This document shows, one piece after another, positions 28,901-35,845 of a stretch of 64,000 nucleotides of DNA. Under the pieces are notes generated by a model. The model was given only the letters and a program-made list of their open reading frames with translations. It was not told the origin of the DNA and did no database searches. Numbering within the stretch: position 1 is the first letter of the stretch; every line of letters starts with the position of its first letter. The stretch is from Nitrospirota bacterium (lineage in GTDB: Bacteria > Nitrospirota > Thermodesulfovibrionia > Thermodesulfovibrionales > SM23-35). A program made the position numbers and the translations under genes. Location of the stretch: the NCBI GenBank assembly GCA_013388455.1, contig JACAFF010000002.1, positions 23,115 to 87,114 of the forward strand, given 5' to 3'.

Positions 28901-30712
28901 TTCAGATTCAGTTATAAAGTTACCGTCTGCTATCCTGAGATCTGTCCTCTGTGCAAAATATCCGATTGCATCATGAAATGCTTCGGCAAAAGGAGTCCAT
29001 GATGCTGCCTGAATATCATCAATTGACTTAATTAAACCTGAACTGTGATCTCCAACCTTAGAAACGCATTCTTGACCCGATGGGCAATCTTGGTCAATAT
29101 CACACAGAGTTGAAGATACAGAGCAAACATTTTTAATGTAATGTATTATTTGACCACCATCAGCATTGGAAGAAAGCACACATCTTTCACCGGAGGGACA
29201 ATCCGCATCAACTGCACAACTCTTTGTAGTAGTTTCTGAACAGATTTTCGGGCATAATATATTTGAAGCATCTATGGGGCATTCTTCGTCAGAACCGTTG
29301 AAATTAAAAACCATTGCACCAAAACGGATTGAGTCTTCATACTTCTGAATTAAGCCGTCAGGGGGCGTTGCAATCGATACTTTAACATAAAAGACATCAT
29401 CTATACTTCCAGCAGGCATAAGAGGATCTCCTAATGCCCTGACACTCGCATCTCTTATGACAGCAGGCACGTTGTCTGCTGTATCAATGGATGCTCCACC
29501 TGATGGGTCTATCACTTCTGGGGCAGCATACCCGCTACAGTAATGTAAAAATTCTCTTTTTACGCAGGCTTCTCCACCAACAAATTTATCAGCCGACCCA
29601 TTCCAGCACTTGCCGACAAAACCTGTTGTGTCAGATCCCAAAAAGTCATAATAAGGTGATGATGGAGTAATGTGTGTAACAGTTCTTGCACAGATATAAT
29701 TTCCGCCTGCTTCGTTATTGAGGATTGATTCACATGTACTTAGATCATTCGGATCCGGACAATCTTTAGTGTAAACGTTTGTACAATTAGTTTCTAAATT
29801 GGTGATTGTGACATTCTTTAAAAGGTTTGCTTCAGTAAATGCCAGTTTCCCTGCTTCAATATCTTCAATATTATTTTTTATATGGTAACAGCCTCTAACA
29901 GATTCAATGAAAGTAGCCAGTTCCCTGCCTGATGCTGTTCCCCCTCCTCCTGAAATCCCAAGACAATCACTTGCTGCATTCGTCCATTGACCTAAAGGGT
30001 CATCAGCAGCCCAAATATCAATGGCATCCTGACAACGTTCTTCATTATAGGTCCCCTGAAATATTTCAATCCTTGTCAAGCCTCCCTGTGTTTCAGGATT
30101 GGTATAATCAGGTTCAAGCGCATTAGGTCCTCTTACAGCGAAAGTTATATCAGCAAAGTCAGGTATCCTTTTTATAAATCTTCTTCCTAAACAACCCCTT
30201 GATTCGCCGACAAGAACCCTGTTGAGTGTGTCATACTTACCGCCTGTTAATATCTTTTTCTGCACATCGAATTTAGATGCTGAAAGCCAATTAAGGAATT
30301 TTCCTTTTGCTATAAAATTATCTACAGTAGTTCCTGTTATATTAATGCATACAAAGTCTGTTCGATATGTGCAACTCCCGGGGAGCGCTGCTCCCGGAAC
30401 AAACTTACTACTTGCTCCGTTGTAGCTATAAAACTCATTTTGCTCAAAATAACCTTCATACGGTTCTACATCGTTATACGAGGTATCGTAGCAATAATCA
30501 GCTTCAGGACTCTCGTCTATATAAGTTAAATCATACATACTGGCAGAGTTATCAATCATCAAAAGCAGATTTGGCTTAACACCTGAAACGACAAAAGGAG
30601 GGGTAATACAGTAATCATTCATTATTTGCGCATGAGCTGGTAAGTTTTTTAAAACTAAGCTTATAATTCCAAATATAAAAATTGCCTTAATAAATTGCTT
30701 CATATTGCACAT
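25928..30712 (-). CDS. pilY1: giant PilY1-like pilus tip adhesin (vWA domain + Cys-rich insert + PilY1/PilC beta-propeller), module A
   Basis: 1594 aa with a signal peptide. vWA MIDAS elements LLLMIDNSASM and ILIITDGMSTAD. PilY1/PilC C-terminal hallmark VFVGANDGMLHAF and propeller blocks (TDPLATPIGAVFFTT). First gene of the minor-pilin operon. Confidence 0.8.
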   Translation of the reverse strand: MCNMKQFIKAIFIFGIISLVLKNLPAHAQIMNDYCITPPFVVSGVKPNLLLMIDNSASMYDLTYIDESPEADYCYDTSYNDVEPYEGYFEQNEFYSYNGASSKFVPGAALPGSCTYRTDFVCINITGTTVDNFIAKGKFLNWLSASKFDVQKKILTGGKYDTLNRVLVGESRGCLGRRFIKRIPDFADITFAVRGPNALEPDYTNPETQGGLTRIEIFQGTYNEERCQDAIDIWAADDPLGQWTNAASDCLGISGGGGTASGRELATFIESVRGCYHIKNNIEDIEAGKLAFTEANLLKNVTITNLETNCTNVYTKDCPDPNDLSTCESILNNEAGGNYICARTVTHITPSSPYYDFLGSDTTGFVGKCWNGSADKFVGGEACVKREFLHYCSGYAAPEVIDPSGGASIDTADNVPAVIRDASVRALGDPLMPAGSIDDVFYVKVSIATPPDGLIQKYEDSIRFGAMVFNFNGSDEECPIDASNILCPKICSETTTKSCAVDADCPSGERCVLSSNADGGQIIHYIKNVCSVSSTLCDIDQDCPSGQECVSKVGDHSSGLIKSIDDIQAASWTPFAEAFHDAIGYFAQRTDLRIADGNFITESEDINYPDPVQYRCQNNNILIITDGMSTADLDTKVRDTVRVYHEEPDDTFYDVPLTLTSFPTCPQFAGSRNLDDLAWVAKNRDIKDFSAPPPDDSINSRTILTHVVFTGEATGEPDECDPNVLMQETAENGGSKLSVAEDPSQLYSALEETFQRIAARSSSGTAASVLASGEGSGANLLQALFYPQRSSGGTTIKWTGSLQNFWYYIDPYMIYSTIRENSSDTSSIKELDLSSDYIMHFKFPASATDQNTIANLYSDSDCDGTANSYVGYKYLDEFIDPSNKIKYLWEAGKLLWAKNPLTRNIYTFDGTTRIQIPQVANPIGSGSTLISLLQASDVNEANAIIRYVRGEDTPFSPEIDSGYSPDYRKRTISISGVSNTWKLGDIVTSTPKVASWSPLNTYHKVYGDISYGPYGYSPKLTDPINNNQFISTQDYKNRGMVFVGANDGMLHAFKLGTIKIYEENCKKAELSGTDLGEEMWAYIPKHALPYLRYMTDEEYCHLYFADAVPNLFDVSIGGKPDDPISVNSWRTILIGGMRYGGASRDTASSFGVQTPSAGIGYSSYFALDITNTLADPTKPPEVLWEFSNEQIETLYPGETATGGFGFATSGPAIVRIGPKGKNGKWFAVFASGPTGPINTEAHQFMGYSDQPLKVFVLDLATGNIARIIKQTKDGSTIQNAFAGSLISSPVDLDQNNPTSSGFYSDDAIYFGYTQAEVEEIDINTTKWTKGGVLRLNTKESADPSQWTLEKVIVDIGPVTTAVSKLQNYEVGNESLWLFFGTGRYYYKIASEIDDANSIRKLYGLKDPCFDSGDAKLDSTCNSFYSGDGSLGDVTTDSTNATSEGWKINLDSCTTLNGSEAPSCADSSVVYRAERMVTDPLATPIGAVFFTTIKPTADVCEYGGITHLWAVYYATGGAVKKHVLRGKVLIQVSTGSIGEIHLPSAFTQKRDYGAPEGETVDYRRTGPTEGIAATEKPQVNIPPRPIRRVFHLQQR

Positions 30713-30732
30713 CTTGTTTCAATGAATAAAAA

Positions 30733-30753
30733 TAGCATTTGCTTATTTTAGCA
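30733..30753 (-). promoter_or_regulatory. conserved palindromic motif upstream of pilY1-A (candidate operator)
   Basis: Plus strand reads tagcatttgcttattttagca. A near-identical tagcatatgctaatttagca lies upstream of pilY1-B (41079-41098). It contains TGCTAA-N-TTAGCA-type inverted half-sites. Confidence 0.3.
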
Positions 30754-30921
30754 AAAAGCGTTCTAATTTTTCAATTAATTGATTTTTATTGATTATTTAT
30801 TTTACAGATACTGCAGAAGGGTTTAATTGTGTAAAAGGTTACATATTTTATGTAATCATTTGATTAAAAATTGTAGCCATATAGTCAGACTTTTCGTCAT
30901 TCATATTTCATAACAAAACAA

Positions 30922-30946
30922 GTAGGACAGGCGTCTCGCCTGTCCT
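30922..30946 (+). repeat. REP element (gtaggacaggcgtctcgcctgtcct)
   Basis: Perfect 9-bp stem (ggacaggcg/cgcctgtcc). Same family as the copies at 31775, 31854, 31933 and 32405 surrounding the RAYT gene. Confidence 0.8.
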
Positions 30947-31020
30947 GAAAGGTGAAATGCTCGGACAGCCTTATCCTGAAGCAATCTCGTCTCTTTTTCA
31001 TCGAGAATCGCTGGACATTC

Positions 31021-31752
31021 TTATTTTACTTCGAGGGTGAAACTTTGTAGAACTTCACCACCCTGTCCGTCTGTAACAGATACCGATACAGGCGCTTCAC
31101 CTCTAAAATCTGTTGGGATACTCCATTGAATCTGTCCAGTGGCAGTATTTATAGTCATTCCTGATGGTGCGGTTTTCAGGGTATATGTAAGCTTATCGCC
31201 ATCCGGATCACTTGCTTTTACCCTGTAACTATAAAAGCTTCCTTTTATATTTAGCATATCTTCCGATGGTTGTATTACAGGCGATGCATTGGCAATTACT
31301 ATGTTAAGTGTTAGAGGATTTCCATAAGTTTTACCATCATACGGAATCAGCCTCACTGATATTTTATCTCCGCGCTTGAATTCCTCTGTTACTTTCAATG
31401 TAGAAGTTTCTATGGGTAAAAGCGTTTCATTTTTTGACCACTGATAAGAAATTGTGACTGGATCATCTTCCTTGTCAAGTGTAACTGCTTCAATCTTAAT
31501 CGTGTCTCCAATGACAGGATACTGCGGGTAAACGTCCAGAGTTGTTATTCGTGGAGGTGTATTAGGTGTCTGAGTTGTCACATCACCTTCTCGCGGAGTT
31601 TCAGGCGCTGGAACCACAGGTGATTTCGATTCCTTTTGTTTCAGTTCTTCTGTAAATGTGGTCTGTGGAACAGTCTGCTTTTCTTCTTTTCCTTTGCAAC
31701 CTGAAATAATTAAGGCTGATAATAAAATAATTATGGATAATAATCTAATCAT
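31021..31752 (-). CDS. lipoprotein with tandem Ig-like/cadherin-like domains
   Basis: 243 aa. Lipobox LSALIISGC, a Pro/Thr-rich linker, then two beta-sandwich-like repeats. The second carries DPDGDKLTYTL...GMTINTATGQIQW, typical of putative-Ig/dystroglycan-type cadherin-like domains. Confidence 0.6.
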   Translation of the reverse strand: MIRLLSIIILLSALIISGCKGKEEKQTVPQTTFTEELKQKESKSPVVPAPETPREGDVTTQTPNTPPRITTLDVYPQYPVIGDTIKIEAVTLDKEDDPVTISYQWSKNETLLPIETSTLKVTEEFKRGDKISVRLIPYDGKTYGNPLTLNIVIANASPVIQPSEDMLNIKGSFYSYRVKASDPDGDKLTYTLKTAPSGMTINTATGQIQWSIPTDFRGEAPVSVSVTDGQGGEVLQSFTLEVK

Positions 31753-31774
31753 TTTTATTACTCCTCTCCAAATA

Positions 31775-31955
31775 GTAGGACAGGCGAGACGCCTGTCTTT
31801 ATGTATAATTTAATCCCATCCATCCATCTTTATTCACAATCTAACCTCATCCAGTAGGACAGGCGAGACGCCTGACTCTATGTATAATTTAACCCCATCC
31901 ATCCATCTCTATTCACAATCTAACCTCATCCGGTAGGACAGGCGTCCCGCCTGTC
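31775..31955 (+). repeat. tandem array of 79-bp units, each starting with a REP hairpin (2 full units plus a third REP)
   Basis: Units at 31775-31853 and 31854-31932 are near-identical (gtaggacaggcgagacgcctg.c...tatgtataatttaa.cccatccatccatct.tattcacaatctaacctcatcc). A third REP at 31933-31955 abuts the RAYT stop codon. Confidence 0.85.
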
Positions 31956-32605
31956 TATTTATAATCATTTATCCAACCTTTGATATAAAGCCATTTATAC
32001 TCTTCATACTCTTCTACCAAATTTGCTTTGATTGGATTATTTGCAATATAGTTAAGTTTCTCTAATAGTTCCTTTTCATCTCTTATTACACTATCAAAAT
32101 TCTCATCATGCCATAATTTACCACTTCTATTTGATACTTTATTAATTTCATGTGCAGTAAAGCTTTTGATGCTATGCATTATCTTAGATAATGTATCTAT
32201 AGGGTTTATCACCATATGAACATGATCATCTAATACTACAACAGCATAGAGTTCATAGCTCTTACCATCTAAAAAACGAATTGCTTCAAAAACACAATCT
32301 TTATGTGATGGATGTAAGAATTGCCTGTTATGCGTAGTAAATGTAATGAAATAATACCCAGCAGAGAGTTGAATGTGCGGAAGATGTCGTCTCCATGAAT
32401 GTTCTGACAGGCGAGACGCCTGTCCTACTTGTGGTTCTGCTGGCGGTTCTACTTGTGGTTCTGTTTGTAGTTCTGTTTGTGGTTCTCCTGGCGGTTCTGC
32501 TTGTGGTTCTGCTTGTGGTTCTGTTTGTAGTTCTGTTTGTGGTTCTGCTGGCGGTTCTACTTGTGGTTCTGCTGGCGGTTTTTCGTTTTTCATATCAACT
32601 ACCAT
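31955..32605 (-). CDS. REP-associated tyrosine transposase (RAYT, IS200/IS605-like Y1 HUH enzyme) with a repeat-rich N-terminal extension
   Basis: 216 aa. Core YYFITFTTHNR..., HUH motif DDHVHMVINP and catalytic-Tyr helix LNYIANNPIKA. Flanked by cognate REP hairpins in both orientations. Confidence 0.8.
   Translation of the reverse strand: MVVDMKNEKPPAEPQVEPPAEPQTELQTEPQAEPQAEPPGEPQTELQTEPQVEPPAEPQVGQASRLSEHSWRRHLPHIQLSAGYYFITFTTHNRQFLHPSHKDCVFEAIRFLDGKSYELYAVVVLDDHVHMVINPIDTLSKIMHSIKSFTAHEINKVSNRSGKLWHDENFDSVIRDEKELLEKLNYIANNPIKANLVEEYEEYKWLYIKGWINDYK
32405..32427 (-). repeat. REP element in inverted orientation, embedded in the RAYT ORF
   Basis: Plus strand gacaggcgagacgcctgtcctac, which on the minus strand is gtaggacaggcgtctcgcctgtc. 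Translated as VGQASRLS within the annotated RAYT N-terminus. Confidence 0.8.
32426..32578. repeat. 12-nt tandem repeat tract (ggttctNNtKRY x ~12), coding (A/V/T)EPQ / PAEP repeats
   Basis: ggttctgctggc ggttctacttgt ggttctgtttgt agttctgtttgt ... Read on the minus strand it gives EPQVEPPAEPQTELQTEPQAEPQAEPPGEPQ... Confidence 0.85.
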
Positions 32606-32912
32606 TTCAGATATTATGGACAGCTTGGAGATGTAACCCTACTGACTGTTCTCTGTTTTTCATATAAACTGTCCCTATTTTTCACGAAACTCTTGAAATT
32701 ACCATAATCGCCATTTGTTAAGTAATTGAAATTATAATTATTTCGCATAAATTTATAAAGTAGAATAACAAGAAAAATTTAAAGAACTGGATTCCGCATC
32801 AAGAGACTGTGTCACAATGGTAGCCGCAGGCTTTAGCCTGCGTATATTCTGCTTGTAAAGAAGAAGTGTTAGTGACAACAATACATTAGGCTTCAGATAA
32901 TTATCGCTTTAA

Positions 32913-33614
32913 TTAATAGGCATAGAGCACTGACAGCCTTGACCTCTCGGTTTGGGTTGTATTGTTCACTGAATCAATTTCAATTCTGTATAAATAAGGC
33001 ATTGGAGGGGCTGAAATTACTCCTGAAGTTGATGAAGCAACTCCTCCTGTGCCAAGCTCTTCACCACTAAGACTTGAGTTGCCAATAGTTGTATCAACTA
33101 TTTTCACAGATACCTGGTAGGAGTCTGTCCCGAGACCGGAAAGGTCAAATTGCATCCTATCCCCAAGATATGGATCTGTTGACAATAACGGATCAAGCGT
33201 GCTGCTGCATGTTGCAGGCCAGTTTGAAGTAGGGTCACATAATTTGGCACATATGCATATATATTCTGAGTCGGCAGGAATAGACGAACCATCTGAAAAT
33301 TTATTGTCACCGGGGGTAACAGGATCGCCACAATCACACTGATTTGGTAAATTAACATAATATTCTCCGTCACCTTTTGGAATTACAAGATTGCCGCGAT
33401 TCGATATGAGTGCGCCTACTATTTCTGCTCCGCCGATTCCTGCTTCGCGGGCTGACTCATATCTCTTCATGAAACCCGAAGTCTTTGTGCCCTGTATGAC
33501 AAGATAGACTAATGTAGCCACAATAGCCAGTGCGATTAATGACAGCACAAGCACCATCATGAGTGCAATACCCTTTTCATTATTAATAGTAGTATTTATT
33601 TTCTGACTTCTCAT
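32913..33614 (-). CDS. pilX: PilX-like type IV minor pilin (module B)
   Basis: 233 aa. N-terminus INNEKGIALMMVLVLSLIALAIVATLVYLV and C-terminus PYLYRIEI...RLSVLYAY are shared with the module A paralogue. The middle is diverged. Confidence 0.7.
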   Translation of the reverse strand: MRSQKINTTINNEKGIALMMVLVLSLIALAIVATLVYLVIQGTKTSGFMKRYESAREAGIGGAEIVGALISNRGNLVIPKGDGEYYVNLPNQCDCGDPVTPGDNKFSDGSSIPADSEYICICAKLCDPTSNWPATCSSTLDPLLSTDPYLGDRMQFDLSGLGTDSYQVSVKIVDTTIGNSSLSGEELGTGGVASSTSGVISAPPMPYLYRIEIDSVNNTTQTERSRLSVLYAY

Positions 33615-33615
33615 T

Positions 33616-34728
33616 TTATCCTCTCAAATTGTCTGGTTTCACGACTATTGTATATATCTTCCACCGATAATTCTGGTAGTCTGCAATAGGAGTAAGGTCA
33701 AAATTTCTTCCTAAATTTAATGCCTGAGGAATCGTCTCGTCAGCCCCAACATAAATAGAATTGCTTTGATATCTATAAGTAGCATCTTTTTGTCCTTCAT
33801 GAGCAAGTATATAAACCCTTACTTCCTTTAATTGTTGCCTTATTTGATTGGCTGTGAGCCCTGATATGTCAGATGCTTCATTATCAATAACCCCGTCATC
33901 ATCTGTATCACTTCTGAAGATTATCTGCATATCAGCCACGCAATCAAAGAGGGGAATTTCTGGGTTTCTTGTACCATCTCCATGATTTATAAGCCCTTTC
34001 ATAAGGACACCTGTGGTTGGAGCACAACGGGGAGGCACGTTTGTAGTTGATATATAATAATCTGCCCTGTTGAAAGGCATCCTGAGATTAACACTGTCAA
34101 CGCCATATACTAAATAACGATCATTGGAGGTGGCTGGTGCAAAACCTGCAGGGAAATTAGCTGAATCAAATATGTCATAAAAACTGGCACCATCGTTTAC
34201 CAATACTTTTTGATTATTTTCGCCCCGGCTTGGAATTATTACAATAACCCTGTCCAGACCGCTAACCAAATCTTCAGTAGTATTGCCCCAAATATGAACA
34301 GTGCTACCACCACCACCTGTCCCTGTAACATAAGTCCATTTAACAGTCGGTTCACTTGTAGAGACACTCGTTGCCTTGATAACAAGATAATCTGAGCCAT
34401 TTGTTCCGGCATCATCGCCGCTTAATATAGCTCTTGGGGGATCGGAAGGAGAATCATTATATAATGACGCTGGAGCCGCGGCTGCTTCATTATAACTAAC
34501 AGCAGTGGGCACAACCCATGGGATGCCAAAACCTGCCTGCTCAATGTCTTTTCTTAATAGTTCAAGCCCGATTATGCCTTCTATATTACTCTCTGCTATC
34601 TTGCTCTGTTGTTTGAACTGTGTTAGTATGGGCACAAATATTCCTGTTGCAGCAGCTATGGTAAGGACAAAGACCACCATTGTGATGAGAAGTTCTACTA
34701 ATGTAAATCCTTCCTCTCTCTTAATCAT
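33616..34728 (-). CDS. pilW: PilW-like type IV minor pilin (module B)
   Basis: 370 aa. MIKREEG/FTLVELLITMVVFVLTIAAATGIF. C-terminal NYRWK..IVVKP.NLRG is shared with module A. Confidence 0.75.
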   Translation of the reverse strand: MIKREEGFTLVELLITMVVFVLTIAAATGIFVPILTQFKQQSKIAESNIEGIIGLELLRKDIEQAGFGIPWVVPTAVSYNEAAAAPASLYNDSPSDPPRAILSGDDAGTNGSDYLVIKATSVSTSEPTVKWTYVTGTGGGGSTVHIWGNTTEDLVSGLDRVIVIIPSRGENNQKVLVNDGASFYDIFDSANFPAGFAPATSNDRYLVYGVDSVNLRMPFNRADYYISTTNVPPRCAPTTGVLMKGLINHGDGTRNPEIPLFDCVADMQIIFRSDTDDDGVIDNEASDISGLTANQIRQQLKEVRVYILAHEGQKDATYRYQSNSIYVGADETIPQALNLGRNFDLTPIADYQNYRWKIYTIVVKPDNLRG

Positions 34729-35213
34729 CTTCTCCTCAATGTAGTTGCACTTTGAATAAAATCTTCACCTTTCCATCTCCATGTTACCCTGACATTTATC
34801 CGTTTTGTATTAGAAGCAGCATCATCAGTAGCACAATTATCATCTCCATCAACATCTTTACAAGTAATATTTGTACAAAAATCTTTTGTTATATTTCTAA
34901 AGGTTCTTTGAATTCTTTCTCCATTAGTGAAAGTATTTGGACAATCAACCCCTCCTGGAAGAGATGTAGTGTCTGATACTACATTAGCGAAAGGTTCATT
35001 TCTGACTTCTTCCAGCCTTGCTGCGGCAACATTAACCGCCTCTTCTCTCAAAAGGTTTCGCATGTTATGGTCTATGCCGAGAAGTGCTGCCTGCAATAAT
35101 CCAATAAAAACAAGTAGAAGCACCACAAGCGCAATCATTACCTCAACAAGGCTCACACCTTTGTCATTGTAAAGGGTTCTCATCACCTTATTTTTCTTCA
35201 CAGATTGTTCCAT
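34725..35213 (-). CDS. pilV: PilV-like type IV minor pilin (module B)
   Basis: 162 aa. ...NDKG/VSLVEVMIALVVLLLVFIGLLQAALLGIDHNMRNLLREEAVN is identical to module A over this stretch. Alternative ATG at 35183. Confidence 0.75.
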   Translation of the reverse strand: MEQSVKKNKVMRTLYNDKGVSLVEVMIALVVLLLVFIGLLQAALLGIDHNMRNLLREEAVNVAAARLEEVRNEPFANVVSDTTSLPGGVDCPNTFTNGERIQRTFRNITKDFCTNITCKDVDGDDNCATDDAASNTKRINVRVTWRWKGEDFIQSATTLRRR

Positions 35214-35796
35214 TATACTGACCCATCCTTATTCTTGAACGATCCAATAACAAACAATCATAATCCGGCTCATATGTGCTATCAATACGTGTAACTATTT
35301 GCGTGGTTACAGGTAAAATGTTGCCTCCACTTACATATGATAAAAGCCCTCTTGTGTCAATGATTAGCGTTAGAGGCAATGTCTCAGCGCTGACCATTGT
35401 GAACTGATATCCATACTCAAGCGTCTTTGCGCTATCCCATATAGTATCATCTCCGGCATCAGGGGCTATCCCGAGACTGTCATTTGTGTCTTCAGTTGCC
35501 TGATAGTTGTTGGTATCCAGAGAGACAAAATACCTGTGATTTCTTGTTACAGCCCTTGATCGTGCATCCATCAAATCAGCATATATCTGCTTTATCTGGC
35601 TTTCTACCCTGTATTTACCCATCCATCCCTGATACGAAAACCCAAAGGCAATCACAAGTATAGCGATAATACTCACAACAACCATAACCTCAGTTAATGT
35701 TACGCCGTCATCCTTTTCTATATTCGCTATGTTCGACCGCTTAATATGTTTGTCATTGCAAGAGACGAGATTGCTTCGTTTCACTCGCAATGACAA
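35188..35796 (-). CDS. fimT: FimT/FimU (GspH-domain) minor pilin (module B) with an atypically long, repeat-derived leader
   Basis: Mature part G/VTLTEVMVVVSIIAILVIAFGFSYQGWMGKYR is paralogous to module A. There is no ATG upstream of the pilin core. The only candidate starts (TTG 35796, TTG 35790, GTG 35784) lie inside the family-1 repeat. Confidence 0.6.
   Translation of the reverse strand: MSLRVKRSNLVSCNDKHIKRSNIANIEKDDGVTLTEVMVVVSIIAILVIAFGFSYQGWMGKYRVESQIKQIYADLMDARSRAVTRNHRYFVSLDTNNYQATEDTNDSLGIAPDAGDDTIWDSAKTLEYGYQFTMVSAETLPLTLIIDTRGLLSYVSGGNILPVTTQIVTRIDSTYEPDYDCLLLDRSRIRMGQYNGTICEEK
35752..35794. repeat. family-1 palindromic repeat between pilY1-B and fimT-B
   Basis: gtcattgcaagagacgagattgcttcgtttcactcgcaatgac; the termini are reverse complements. 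Confidence 0.75.
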
Positions 35797-35845
35797 TTCC
35801 TTATTGCTGGATTCGCGGATACATTTAACTATTCTTTTTATAATT

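Noticed and set aside
30733-30753. Sigma-54 promoter (TGGCAC-N5-TTGCW) interpretation of the conserved motif upstream of both pilY1 genes
   Set aside because: The invariant GG is missing, and the spacing between the GC dinucleotides is wrong. A palindromic operator is the better description.
31775-31955. Possible CRISPR array (repeated palindromic units at regular spacing)
   Set aside because: There are only about 2.3 units, and the 'spacers' are themselves near-identical. The hairpin matches the REPs flanking a RAYT gene, and there are no cas genes. This is a REP/BIME-type tandem array.
32373-32667. Plus-strand ORFs encoding Cys/Gly/Ser-rich (CGSAGGSTCGS...) and Leu/Val-rich (LLVVLFVVLL...) peptides
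   Set aside because: Both are alternative-frame or antisense shadows of the 12-nt tandem repeat in the RAYT 5' region. They have no RBS or independent support.
32825-32842. Hairpin cgcaggctttagcctgcg about 70 nt downstream of pilX-B as a rho-independent terminator
   Set aside because: No U-tract follows it on the minus strand. It may be another dispersed palindromic repeat, but with one copy in the window I cannot support either call.
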